From: Utricularia gibba
Lineage: Eukaryota > Plantae > Magnoliophyta
Direction of reading: 5' to 3'
Assembly: GCA_002189035.1 (NCBI GenBank)
Contig: NEEC01000019.1
Coordinates: forward strand, 2,046,001-2,110,000
Length of the DNA stretch: 64,000 bases
Shown one piece after another: positions 33,900 to 46,961 of this stretch. Both the position numbers and the translations under genes were made by a program. The notes under the pieces are model-generated. The model had not been told where the DNA came from and made no database searches. It saw only the letters and a program-made list of their open reading frames with translations. The number at the start of each line of letters is the position of its first letter. The first letter of the stretch is position 1.

Positions 33900-35000
33900 G
33901 TTAGGGACAAGGAAAATTAGCTCTTGGAGGAGGCAATGAATGACCTGCTCGACAGCGTAAACTAAGTTGAGGGTCTGCTTGATAAGAGTCAATAGAGGTT
34001 GACATAATGGGTATTCATCATCACTTCACACCCTAATAGCTTGAGATTGCATCGTGTTATCACTTTCCATGTGGTTTGATGGAAGGTTTGTGATATTATA
34101 CTAGAATAAGAGAAAATCACATTTTGTAATCTACTTTTTTGCAGGTATATAAGAAAAGAGAAAGAAAGGAATAAGGATACATATTTTGGCAAAAAAATGA
34201 ACCTCAATAAGGCCAAAAACGTCTTTGGAGTTCTTGTAACTTCATATGAACTTTGTTCATCTTTCAAACTATTTTTTGTGAAACCCTCCTTGGTATGGGA
34301 AAACCTCTAGTTTTTCTTATTTTTTTGGGTTATGATTTGCTGCCTTCTTATTGCTTTTCACAAATATATCTTTTATCCATTTAATACTTTATAACATTTG
34401 ATGTTGTTTGTGGGACATGACATGTCCTCCATTCAAAATCTTTTTAGTGAGCTAATGTTACAAGTTTTACTAGATTTCTTGAAGTTACTATTGCTATTGA
34501 AGTACTAAGAGACATGAACTACTCGAGTGTTGGGTCACAAAAAGAATGGATAAGGCAGAGCAATCTCCATTTACAGAGGAAGAAGATGCAAAGCAACAAT
34601 CATGGGATAGGTTGAAGAACTGAATTCCTGTCATTCACGTTTCATAGGTTAGAGCAAGGAGGCCGCCAGCTTCTTCCAACAAATTAACACTATGATGGAG
34701 GTGGGTGCAACCTTATGGAGGAGTGCCTAGGACTTGATGCAACTTGTTTGGAAGAAGCCCAAGTCAAACAAGAGTCGGAGAGGGAGTTGACACTTCAAAG
34801 TGAGACCTAAATCTCCAAGGACCTCACCCTTATGAAACTAGAGGAGAGTTGGGATCCCATTTACTAACTTGAAGATGATGGGATGAGCACAGAGGTTAAC
34901 TCTCATGAATAGAGACCTATTCTTCGTTCCTTGTGCTTACACATGAATTAAGAAGGCGAGTAGTAAACAATATCTCAACTTGCTTATTTTGAACTACCTT
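33900..35000. mobile_element. Highly degenerate retroelement-like sequence
   Basis: Stop-riddled, coding-like composition with only weak gag-like hints (e.g. NIKCYK on the minus strand near 34390), directly adjacent to a clear Copia gag remnant. No intact domain. Confidence 0.3.
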
Positions 35001-35039
35001 ATCAATCAAGATGTTCACTAGAGATTCTTTCTTTTGTTC

Positions 35040-36242
35040 GCACACCTTCTCAACATGGCCCAACTGATTCCATTTGGAACATTGCCCATCTTGTCTTATT
35101 TAGGCTAAACCTTGAGTAAGCGATCTTCTCTTGCAGTGTTTGCAAGGGGAACATGTTCTTTTCTTCTTCCTATTATGTTTCCCCTTTCCTTCTTTTCCAC
35201 CTTTTGCATTCTTTGTGTCCTACTTCACTAGATTATGTATAGCTAGAGCTCACTCCATGACCCATTCTTGTGTTGCAACCTTGCATTGTAATGCTTATAA
35301 TGCACTATACAACTTAGCAACAATCAAATTCTGATACTTTGCACTACAATTTAAAGATGAATTTTTTGGTTCAAAACTAGGTAATACAGTATGCACTGAT
35401 CTTCTTTGAAAAAAATCACATTTCCAATTATCAAGCATCTACAACTCAATAATCATCTTCATAGACTGATTAACATACATTTTGATGATTTTAGATGATA
35501 GCATGTACATACTCTCATACTGCATCTTCAAATTTGCATTATGCACTTAGAATGTGCATCCCCTTCAAACATTCATGTGATTACAAATTTATCGATACTA
35601 GAATAAAATAACACTTTTGATTGGGTTTCTCTGGCTTGTACTTCTTCAACAAGCTTCATTCTTTCTAGTGAGGCTTTGGCAACAAGCTGTTATATTTGAA
35701 TTGGTGAATTGCCTTGGAGCTATGCCTTCATTTGGATGGCTCAAATTGTGTAATTCTCACCACTAAATTTCCTTGCTCCATATCAAACCAATGCTCTAAT
35801 ACCACTTGTTAGCCGAAAAACTAGATAAAATCTCATGATTGATTGGGGGATAGGAATAGCAAAATGAAGACAAGGGACGTGTAAGAAAAAGTCTTGATCA
35901 AAGGAAGGGATTTTATCGTAAAACTAATCAGCATTCCTCGAATACACTCATTAACTCGTTAATAAGCAAGAAACTAGGCAACTAATGCACTACGCCGCAG
36001 TGCTTAACTTAAATAGCTGACTTCCACAAAACCAGGTGTGATGGGTGAACGAGTTGCCCTCTTCTTGCGGTTGTGGAGATTTGATTTGACAATATTCTGA
36101 TTTTCCAATATAGGCAAGTATGAGTTCTTCGAGTTCATGCCCTTTTCTACTTCATCCGCGTAGCTGAAATCCTTGAGATGAGTCTCAAACAGTTACACTC
36201 AATCAGCTTCAGTTGAGGGAATGTTCTCAGCCTTTGTTGACA
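35040..36242 (-). mobile_element. Ty1/Copia 5' fragment: putative LTR (about 35807-36242), PBS and degenerate gag
   Basis: Minus strand ...AACA-AG-TGGTATTAGAGC (PBS). Then interrupted gag: MFEGD..., LKMQYESMYM...YVN, RSVHTVLPSFEPK, and zinc knuckles CKHCKR and QCSKWNQLGHVEKVC near 35040-35160. The LTR outer end is a guess. Confidence 0.7.
35793..35804 (-). other. Primer-binding site complementary to tRNA-iMet (one mismatch)
   Basis: Plus strand gctctaatacca = TGGTATTAGAGC versus canonical TGGTATCAGAGC, 2 nt after an AACA LTR end. Confidence 0.75.
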
Positions 36243-36849
36243 AGAAGAACTGGCGCCACCACAATACGAAGACGTTTATGTTCAACGCCACGGGGAGGAA
36301 AGCAGCTTACAGGCAGCCGAGTTTGGAGACACTCAGCAGTGACGCGGGCTTTTGCAATGAATTGCTCTTAATTTATCAAAAGCAAATGCAAATGCAAAAG
36401 CCTTATGGGAATTGTAAAACGTGGCTCGCCATGTGTATGTCCAGGAAACTGTATCATCCACTCAACATTGCTTTCTTCTCTTAATTGCATCAACACTCGC
36501 AACTGCCATTAACAAGAACTCAATTATTGCGCTTTCGAGCATTTTACTTTGTGTATTATACTGTTGGAAGTATGCTCAAAATCCATGCAATCTAGCATCC
36601 CATAATTGTTGTTCTCTCTTTTACGGCAATGTCCAGAATTATATGTTTGGAGAATGTATTTTTAAGTTGTTAAAAATATTCGACATATTCTCTTGTAACA
36701 TGTATATTCGAATGGTTCACAGTTTGAATACTTTAATTGTGCATCATAGTTGGATTAACTGTCACCTTTGTTTATTTACTGTGTTGATAAAGTGTTTATC
36801 AAGATGTCAGAATAAACATGTGGGGGCTCATGAGATGAGCTGACCGAAC

Positions 36850-38190
36850 ATGTGACGCTGAATAACATATGCATGGTATTTTACATATATCAATAAATGT
36901 TATTCAGATTGCTTTATGGAAATCCTTCGACTTGAGGTTTCATTGTGTCTTATATATTATTGTCTTAGATTTGTTACTATTTATGCTTGTTGAAATATAC
37001 AAGTCAGCGATATTGATGGTCTAAGTTGATAGTATATGAAGATCTCTGAATAACTAAGATACGATTCATTACTCCGGGTAAACGGAGATGAGACTTCAGA
37101 TTTCCTGATTGTTTCGTCGAGTAAATTCCTGGCCAGGTTGTCGAGATATTGGAATGAGATTCCAAGTTCTCATTTTGCCGTCGAAACATGAGTTCAGGAT
37201 AATCTTAATGATCTAGATGAAATGGAATTTGACTATCCATGATTCCATTCTAGATCGAAGTCTCCAATGAAGGTATATTCATAAGGATATCAATCAAAGT
37301 TCATTATTGAATATCGGATTCAATTTTAATCGGTTGAATACAATATGCAATGTTAGGCATCTCTTGTATTTTACGAGAGACACGATATGTTGGGACAATA
37401 TCGTTGTTAGAGAAATGAAATTTCTCGCCTCTCATTACTGATTAAAAATGAACCTAGTCAATCATACACACACAAAGAATTAGAAGTTGTCCGAAACGCT
37501 TGTGATTCAGGTTTTGGTAAACTCTAGCATGTCTTTATACTTGGATCATAGGTTGGTTAAATATTGATTATATGGGCTCAGGCCCATATAGGTAACCAAG
37601 GCCCAAAATAATATGGGCCACGAGGCCTAGGCCCATATTCCTAAAGGTTCAAGCCCATATTTATTAGCCCGTTTTGGAAAGCATGCCGCATTAAAATGAT
37701 TGTCATTGCTTGGCTATGAATAGGAGGCCACTTTCCTATGGTTTTTGGAGTTCTTCTTGTGGGAAGAGGTGTACAAGCTCCGAAAGAGGAAAAGCGTTCT
37801 AGGAAGAAACGAGACCGGTGAATAGCTAGAACGAGACCGGTGAATAGCGATATGAAGAAGAGAACTCGACTCTGGTTTCGAGTTTGGTAATTTTCTTCGC
37901 TTATTCCATGTGTTTCTTCTGCGTAGATAGTCGGTGTTAATATGAGATATTAGCATTGACTTTACTGTGTTTTTCCCAATATATTGATTCAATAGTTGAA
38001 TCAAATCCTGATGTTAATATGAGATATTAACAAATAGATGTTTATTTCATGAGATGGTTTAAACATATTTTAGGCAAAATGTATGTGATACATTTGTTGG
38101 TTTTAATCTAGTCGGATTAATTTGTAGTTCGTGTGGACGAGCTAGACACATCGTTGTTTCGATATTATAAACGATATAAGATATCGCTGG
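36850..38190 (+). mobile_element. Probable solo or decayed long LTR
   Basis: Cluster of GGCCCA/AGCCCA at 37570-37670, TATA-like CTATGAATAGG at 37714-37724, internal direct repeats (aacgagaccggtgaatagc x2 near 37808 and 37830; tgttaatatgagatatta x2). No coding domain or TSD found; boundaries approximate. Confidence 0.35.
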
Positions 38191-38371
38191 TTACGAAAAG
38201 GGAAAATTTTTGTTTTTCCCACCTTCCGCTGCGCGTAACCCAACATATACTTGTGATGCTGTTTCCACAAACAAAAGCAACATAATCACACACCTTACAT
38301 TTGACATACAATTGCATCTCTCGCCACTCGTATAGGTACGTGCCACTACATTATTAGGAGACTGGCAACCC

Positions 38372-39590
38372 CTATGCTTTAAAGGGTGCTCGGCGTGGAA
38401 CCCCTTTTCTTCTTCTTGCAACGCTCGTCGGAGTTGCCGGGCGCGCCCTCGATGAGCTTTCGGGCAGCTCCTCCTCCTCTTCCTTGGGTGATGACGTGGA
38501 CAGGGATACTCCTTCTCCATCCCTTTGCATAGATTGCGGAATGAACGTTACATTCATATTCCTCTTTACCCCTGAGAGCTGAGCAGCATGTGTTCAACCA
38601 TGAGTTGAAAATATTACTAACACATTGTAGCAGATGGTAGAGGTGACAATGAAGGAAAACACAAAAAAAAAAAAAACACACATAAAAAGAAGACAATGAT
38701 GGGTATTGAATTGGGGCGTTACGGGTATGAAAACTTGAAAAGGATCCGGATCGCGATGGATGGTTGGAGTTGGGATCTTTTCTCCCTATTTCGGGATACA
38801 ATTCGCGTAGTATGCAGTGTGGTGTTGTACCTTACATCCAAGGGAGCAGAAGCGGAATGTATCCAAGAGACTTCTACCGCAGATTTCGCAAACGTGGGAT
38901 ACGGCTTTGCTTACTTTAGGCTGAGGCCTTTCGTTCAGGAACAAAACCCTGGCGCTGTTTATTACATATGTCTGTACTTCATCTATGTCCAAAACCTTCT
39001 GGATCTCCGACACCCGGACCACGTCGTGGTACGAGGATCTTCTTATCTGACAAGACAAGACAAAACAAAACAGAAAAAAAAACAACCGTTTTAATTCCTT
39101 GTTTTTTTTTACCTTGGGAGGGGTTGCAGAAGAAATGAAGCACCCGTACCTGAATGACTCGATGGTCCTCGTGCCTTGAGCTGCGGCAGTAGAAGCAGAA
39201 GGAGTCGCAGTTACAATCCAAACAGAACATGTTGCATTCGCTGCGGGATGCGTCGCCGTGAATCCGGCAGACATGGAAGAAGGAGGTTGTCAGCAACCGC
39301 TCTAGCCACGGCGGCACCGCGGCCATGCCGAAAGGGGGTTCCGGATATCTACCTACAGCATTACGAAAAATGGGGAAGAAGAGGAGGCTTTAAAAGAACA
39401 TTGGAAGATGGGGAGGGGAGGGGGGGTGGGGGTGCGGGGCTGAGGATGAAAGGGAAGATTGGGTGTCAAGACTCAAGAGGGAGAGGGACGGAAGGCAGAA
39501 GGGGTGGGTTGGTGCAACTTGGGAGTGTCTGCTGTATGTATACATGATGGTGTGGTATGTACGCTCGCGTCTCTTACCGTAGGCAGGCAT
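38372..39590 (-). CDS. PLATZ zinc-dependent DNA-binding protein
   Basis: Exons 39590-39578 (tentative micro-exon), 39352-39150, 39046-38831, 38578-38372. Motifs PPWLERLL...C-x2-H...ECNMFCLDC...FCFYC...[70 protein letters not shown]. Confidence 0.92.
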
Positions 39591-40912
39591 TCATTTCATT
39601 TCGTAGCACAAGTCGCCGGCTGGCCCGGCCCGATACGCCGCCGTTTCGTGTCCTTGGCCGGCCTCCTCCCTCTGACGAAAATACCCTGGCCTCTTCCCCT
39701 TTAGCGAAGGGGAGGGAGGGGAGTTATTAGGAACTAATTGGATGGCTTAAGTATCATTAAGTGCAGATTAGCGTGCAGTGTAGGGTTAGGCGTTAGCTGT
39801 AGAAAAACAAAGCAAGCTAGTAGGGATAGAGTGGCCACTGGGCAGGGCTGGGCAGACACCCTCATGTGTGCGCAAATTTCGACCCGGAAAGGGAAAGCAA
39901 GGGGTGAAATTATAATCCATCCATCCATCCATCATAATCAATATTCAATTAGTCCACCGCTCCGACCTAAAAGTAACCAACACAAATTCCAGATTTCTTC
40001 TTAAAAATTTTTGCTCCCCAATTTTCATTTAATGCGACACCTATCCTACGTAGGGAGGGGAAATTATAAAGAAGGGAAAAAGACGGCTTGTTTTTCTTTC
40101 TCCCCGGGTCTCGCTATCGAGGCAACAATACTAACCGAACTACCACAAGAAAGAAAGAATGTCAACTCTACTGCACTCGAGTCTCGTCTCTCCTCTGCCG
40201 ACACACATCAACACCACAACTACCATTAAAAACACCCACCATTGGAGTAGTGAAGGAGGAAGCGGAACCCTGGCGCAGTCCTCAATACTACTGCCTTTTA
40301 AGTTCCACAGTCCATGAGAGAGGAAGAAATTATTTGTTGTCACGATCATGGGCGCGAGCATATGGCATGTACCCGGCAGGTTCAACAAGCGGGCAATTTC
40401 CAATGATGCTCATGCTACTCAAGGTATACAACACATGCTGCGCAGCCAGCCAATAGAGATAGCAACACACCGAAGCAACAAAAACTTAGCACATGTACAG
40501 ATCATAAAGCTGATTGCTTGACAAACCACAATCTTCCTGATCTCTTTCCTTGGTTGTTCGAGCCTTTCCTGCTACCTATGCAATGAGACTCGCTCTCGTG
40601 ATTCATAGGCAGTTCAATAACACAGAAGGGATACATATATTGGGGGGGGGGGGCAGGGGGGCAGGTTAACCCATAAACCACTCAACGAAAAAAAAAAAAG
40701 AAAAAATCTCCAATGTGTTTGGATTTTTACTACAAACAAAACAGTCAATGAACCTTGTGAACATCATTTACAAAAGGAACGAAATTGTAAATACCATGGC
40801 AGACCAAATTACGCACAGCTTAGTTCCAGGAAAATCTGACACTCACTTTCTGGAAACAAGACACGGCTGAAAATATGGGGGCTAGTTTTTTTCTGCAAAA
40901 ACCAACAGCAAT

Positions 40913-43266
40913 CACAGAAGGCCTGCATTCCCAAGGGCAGCTTTAAACTCCTTCTCATTATTCCATGGACCAACCTGAAAAAGAAGGAGAAGAGACCTAA
41001 GCAATGTGATAGGGAAACTCCCAGTACCCTGATTATACAAAATGTTACCTCATCAATGTGTATATTAAAGTGTCTCTCAATTTTGGCCAAGATGGAATCA
41101 TCTCTATCATCAGAAATCAAATTAAAGACAGCGCCTAAGAAAAAAAGATCGTTCAGTGATGGATGACATATGTGCTCACACCCACTACGACCTCAAGATT
41201 CTCCAAAAAAAAAAAAAAAAGCATTTGCGTGTGTTTCATTCATTAAAGTGTAATCATGGAGATGGTGGAGCATGATTGAAGCTGGAATTAGCATGAAAAT
41301 ATGGTACCTTTGCGGCCAAAGCGACCTGCCCTTCCAACCCGATGCAAGTAAAGTTCACAATTAGGCTCTGAAGGCCTATCATGTATCACAGGGAGATCAA
41401 AATTGATCACCAGATTAACCTATGATGTGACACTACCAAGAGGTCACAATATAAAAAAGGAAGAGGTAATAACTTATATACAGGGAAAAAAAACAGTAGC
41501 ACGATTTAGAACCTGCTGCTGGTCAAAGCCTCGAGCAAGCAGGTCTGTTGAAATCAGCACTTGAGTCAAACCTTTCCTGAACTCATCTATAATTTTGTCC
41601 CTTTTCTCTTGAGTCAAGGCACCTTGAATGGTGGTAACCTCATAACCTAGGTTGACAAGAGATTTATGCAAACTGATAGCACTGTTCCTGGTCTTCACAA
41701 ATATAATTGTTTGTCCCACTTCTGCAAGGTCAAGTATCTGGTCTTTGATCACCATGATCTTCGTAAGTTCATCAGGGCAACGAACCTTATACTGCTTCAC
41801 AGAATCTAGTGACAGTTCTTCCTTTTTAACAAACATTTGATTATAATCACGTACAAATATCTCCTCGACTATCTTTGAGACAAAAGATTTCACAGCATCA
41901 CTGAAAGTGGCTGAGAACAAAAGGACCTAAAACACGATATTCCATATCAGGATTAACATCATGCATGTTTCTTTTTGTCATGATCGACCAAGCATGCCTA
42001 TGAGAGGTACCTGGCAATTTAAGTTCCCTCTAGAAATGGCCCTCATGATGCTCACAGAACTGTCTCGAAAACCAGTCTACAGCATAGGTAAAAACAGGCA
42101 ACATATTCATTTATATTGTGATAATATTAACTGAACATGATAACGTTTTAGGAAACGTTATCAACATAAAGATAAGCCCATGTAACATAATCAGGACCAG
42201 ATGACCAGATAAGAAAATCATTACCTCTTCTAGCATGTGGTCAGCCTCATCGAACACTAGAATCTTCATATAACTCATGCCTAACTTCCTTGCGTCGATC
42301 CACTTCAGAATTGTCCCAGGAGTGCCGATAATTACCTGTTCTGTCACCGCAGGCATCTTTTTTGGTGGTATATAGTTTGTTGGATCTGATGGTATTGCTA
42401 ATTTCGAAGTTATGCCAGTAAACTTTCCCATCCTCAACAGAACCTCAAGATTCTGTAAAATTTATCACATTACACAAATAAAACCTAGTTAGGCGGCAAG
42501 AAATACATCAACAATCAGTAGAAGACTTCGGCATACATGGAAATATTGGTCCAGAACAGTCAAACAAATATCATCCCATAATTTTACATCTGTGAATTTT
42601 ATGAATTCAGGATATAAGACGAGCTTAAAAAATAACCTGAATAGCTAACTCTCTGGTGGGGCAGATGCACAAAGCTTGGGGAGCCATCAATTTTGGATCA
42701 ACCCGACTCAGCATTCCAAGAGTGAAACATGTTGTCTTGCCAGAACCATTGTGAGCTTGAGCAATCAAATTCTTGAAAGGGGGAGTTAGTATCATCGGCA
42801 GACTAATTGCTTGTATCTTGCTAGGTTTCTGGAACTTCATCTCCACGTACAAACCTTTCAGCAATTCTGGTGACAAGTTCAATTCCTCAAATGTCCTGGC
42901 TGATGTGTATGGAGTGTCCCCAGAAGTAATCTGAAATGCAAACGTTGAAAACCTAAATACATCAACATGCAACGACACGACGGAGGCAAGGTAAGTCAAA
43001 CCAGAACAAATGACAGTTCAAAAAAACCCAAACCCTAAGCATAACTATTCGTAAACTAGCTGTAAGAATAAAGAATAGAAGATTACTGCTTGGATTCTGG
43101 AATCATCAGGTTCCAAGATCTCGCTCTTTTGAGATTTAGACTCGTCCACAACTAGGTCGTCGAACTCGTCGGCAGCCTCATCACTGACGTCCGCCCAACT
43201 CTTAGATTTGGATGGCTCCGGCGGGCGTGTTGCCGTGTCGACGTGCGTGGTCGTCGAGTCGGCCAT
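40913..43266 (-). CDS. LOS4: DEAD-box RNA helicase 38 (DBP5/DDX19 ortholog, mRNA export), 8 exons
   Basis: Exons 43266-43087, 42930-42637, 42452-42225, 42076-42011, 41926-41513, 41419-41308, 41134-41049, 40974-40913. Motifs [72 protein letters not shown]. Confidence 0.95.
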
Positions 43267-43507
43267 CGTAGAAAGCACTAGAACAGGAGAGTGAGACGGT
43301 GCGCGAGAATAATAGGAACGAGAGGGCGGAGAGAAGGAAGGAAGGAAGGAAAAGCAGTCGTTAATCTTCTCCTCTCTGGGTCAAATACACAGCACTGAAG
43401 CCCAATAAGCAAAACAAGTGCTTCGGTTGAAGGAACAACAATTCTATGGGTCCGCCCAAAGGTTTCCTCGCAGCGCAGTCTTGTCGTGGGAGCAGCTCTA
43501 CAGCAAT

Positions 43508-43557
43508 TTCCATGGGCCCAAAGGTTTCATATCAACACAATTCATGGGCCCAAAGGG
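43508..43557. promoter_or_regulatory. Duplicated site II motif (catgggcccaaagg x2) upstream of LOS4
   Basis: Two copies of CATGGGCCCAAAGG about 33 nt apart, roughly 250-290 nt upstream of the ATG at 43266. A telo-box AAACCCTAA lies in intron 1 (43030-43038). Confidence 0.5.
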
Positions 43558-44149
43558 AACGTCTATCCAACGCAATCTATCTATACATATAAGTGATTTT
43601 ATTTTATTCTAAAATATGTTTTTTAACACATATTAAAATTTTTTATATCTAATTTATACTCCATTTTCTCATTAATCTATATTATTTTTTATTTTTTATA
43701 CTAATTTGTTTTTTGGAAAACAATTGTTTTTTTTGTAAATAATTAAGGTATTTTTGAATAAATTTTTCCAATAGTTTATAGGTTTGAGAGTGCACAAAAT
43801 TGGACATAAAAATAGATCCATCATGAAGATATGATCTAAAATTAGAATCTCAGATAAAGATTTAAAGATAAACTTAAAAATTTACATCATATATAGATAG
43901 AATATCTTATATAATCCTATCACAAACTAAATATAAAATTCAAATTTGCTCTTTTATAAATTTCTTACTCTTTTAGTCATTATAGATGTATTTCGAACGC
44001 TAATCTGTTAGAGTAATATGATATAATCAAGTTTATAATAATTTATTGATTAAATGTGATTTACGTTTCTTGTATAGTTGAACTTTACGAATCACGTGCG
44101 CTCACTTGATTAATCAGATCCTTAATTTTAACATGATAACAGAGTGATT

Positions 44150-45224
44150 GTCTGGTAATCTAAAATGAACTTGACATGATATTGTGTATGCAATTAGCTG
44201 CACCCGTCGGTTTTTGTCATGTCTTAAATTAATACATTGGGAGGCAGCAAAGTGGTTACTGTGATATCTAAAAGAAACAACTTATCGCCCATTGAACTAT
44301 GATTGAAAACACTAAAGCAAGTCTTGTGTTTATGTGGATTCTGATTCAGCTAGGGATATTGATTCTTGAAGATCCATGACATGTCTGATCAATGTCTTGG
44401 ATGGAGGTGACGTCACCTGGATGCCGTCTCTTCGTATCTTCAACAATGTGTGGAACTCTCTTCTACTAACGCAAAGTACATGACCCTTATCAAGGTAGGG
44501 AAGGAGGTAATTTGGCTAGATCGATTTCCAAAAGAACTTAATTGATCAACATAGGATTACAAACTAAAACTTTTGTGTAATAACTAGAGTGTCATAAATA
44601 TGAGCAAGCATGCAATTGACATACGCCGCCACTGGATTCATGAAGTATTGAAGGAGCATCTAATTGAGCTCGTGAAGGTCAGCGCAGTTGATAATGTTGC
44701 TGATATGATGACAAAACATTAATGTTCTCTCGACATCAGATGTTGGTTCGAGAGGTAGGCCTGGTTCTACAATGATGAATCAGATGGCACCACTTGCGCT
44801 GGGAAGTGATTGTGAGCTAAACTGTCAGCACGTTTAGTAGGCAGGCAGACGGTGTGAAGCAATGCTGGGTAGTTTGCCTGGTGGGTGGGTTTTCTCCCAT
44901 TACGCACAGGAAGGTTCGTGGAATGAGTGTCTTCTGATCTACAACGGTGTGTAGTGAGGTAGAGATGTAGGTGTGTGCAAATTCTGCCTGTTTTGAGACT
45001 GATCACAACTTGGGTGATCTGAGCTGGGTTCACTTCCTGTATCGTGTATTCTTTACAAAGCATAGTGAATTCGCAAGTTGAGTGATTGGGTTAGCATCAG
45101 GAGGTTTCCCCACTTGGGGTTTTACCTGGCTAAACATTGTATCTTGTTATTTCATTTATGCACATCCGATCACGAGTACACACACTTACAAAACCACACC
45201 ATCCATCCGTAAAAGCCTCCACCA
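44150..45224 (+). mobile_element. Ty1/Copia 3' fragment: degenerate RT/RNase H end plus putative 3' LTR (about 44811-45224)
   Basis: YVDSDSARDIDS*RSMT (about 44332-44385), LSSTNAKYMTLIKVGKEVIWL (about 44456-44518), IDIRRHWIHEVLKEHLIELVKVSAVDNVADMMTK (about 44613-44715); purine-rich GGGAAGTGA followed by TGTGAGC at 44811; LTR end approximate. Confidence 0.8.
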
Positions 45225-46079
45225 GGTTGGGTATAAGAGGTATTATTAACTAAATGATGAATAACAATAGTTGCTACTGATTTATTTGATTGTGGTATTT
45301 AAATATAATAACAAATGTTTTAATATGAGGAAATGAAATATTTTTGGATGGTAAAAAAAGGAATGTAATACATAAATTCTCTTTCATCTAATAAAAAAAG
45401 CCAAAAGGGTAAGGTATCCCCGGTGGGTAAGTTGCCAGAGCTAGCGGGTGTGACAGTCGACGACGTCACAATCCATTGACTAGAAGTGAAACGGGCATTT
45501 ATTTATTCTTTCTTTCTTTTCTCCACCCATTCCATTTTTTGTATGTTGCAGTGTACGTGAGGTGTGGTGGTTATGGGGCGTGTGAGATGAAAGAGGATAG
45601 AAACAGAACACGGTGATGATGGTTTCCAGTCTCCATCTCCAGCGCCTATTTCTGGAATACCACCAAACCCAGCCGAGCCCAGCCGAGCCTCCGTCTGGAC
45701 TGGGAGTCCGTCTCCACGCGAGGAATAGGCTGGCTGGCTGGCTGGCTGTTACCCCTATTTCATTCGACTGCGAGGCCAGGCCAGGCCAGGGGAGGAGAGG
45801 AGAGTCACTCAATGATCTAGATGGATGCCTCTAGTCTATAGGGTGACTCGCCCTCGGGGAAAGGAGCGCAACCCTGCTAATTACAATTACATTTAATGAC
45901 CATATTCATTGCCTCAACGCCAATCAAATCAATGGCTGATTTTGTAAACACATACCTTAATTACTCATTTACTCCACCCTCTTTAACCTCTTTCTTATTC
46001 TTTTTCTTTGGACTTCACCCTTGTTTACATTCTCTTTAATAATTTACTTTAATTATTCATTTAAATTATAAATTCACCT

Positions 46080-46240
46080 TTATTTTAATCTCTAAACTTT
46101 AAAACTAAAATTCCAACCCTAAAAATTAAACCACAAACATTAAAGTTTAAACCCTAAATTACTAAACCATAAAATTTAATCATGAATCCCCAAAGCCTAA
46201 ATTATAAATACTAAACCCTAAATTGAACCCTTAAATTTTG
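46080..46240. repeat. Degenerate telomere-like (TAAACCCTAAA) motifs in an AT-rich island
   Basis: TAAACCCTAAA at about 46148 and 46212, with variants (aaccctaaaa, taaaccataaa, aagcctaaa, gaacccttaaa). Similar variants at about 33330-33370. Confidence 0.55.
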
Positions 46241-46961
46241 GAGATAAAATATATTATAACACTAATGTATTAAAAAAATACGTCTATCAAATTTATGAAA
46301 AATAAAATACAACACCAAAAAAAATATAAAAGTAAGTCTACTTTTTTTAATTTACAATTTTTTTTTAAAAAAATTACTAAAATAAAAAGTTGAGCTATTT
46401 ACTCCTTTAATTAAGGTAATATAAAAATAATGACAAAAGATAAGATAAATTATCAATTATATTCAACAATTAAAGTAAAATAATAACAAATTTGAAGATT
46501 AGGGTAATATAAAAATGTTTGGGCATTTCACCTTTTTGGAATGCAAAACAGAGTGCGCCTCCGATCCACTGCGGATTTCTCAAGAAAAGAAAAGAGAGGG
46601 CGAGCGAGAGAGGAGGGGGGCAGAAGCGGAATTTGAACGAATATCAAAGAGAGTTTTGCATGCAGGATGGACTCGAAAGTAGAGAGCTGAGGCCAGGGGA
46701 CGCTTGGCGAGTTTTGTTCAGACAGACGCCATCCGCTGATTGGTTGGCGGCATACTCATCTTCTTCACCGTTATCACTGTTCTGGAACCTCCTACTTCCC
46801 CTTGATGGTCAGCTCAGATGAAACCACAACGCTTCTCTCTCAAGTACTTTTATTGGCCTACGAGTTAAGGATACATGGGGAACTCTAACAATCTCGGAGG
46901 ATGATCAACATCAAAGAAACCTGAGAATCATTCGCCGTTTTGTTAGTTGTAATTGGTTTCG

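Noticed and set aside
37808-38030. Short spaced direct repeats resembling a CRISPR-like array
   Set aside because: Only two copies of each repeat, eukaryotic context and no cas genes; typical LTR-internal duplications.
46660-46821. Possible extra upstream exon or duplicate N-terminus of the exostosin gene
   Set aside because: The hydrophobic frame (LVGGILIFFTVITVL) is bounded by stops, and the ATG at 46962 already gives a complete type II membrane N-terminus.
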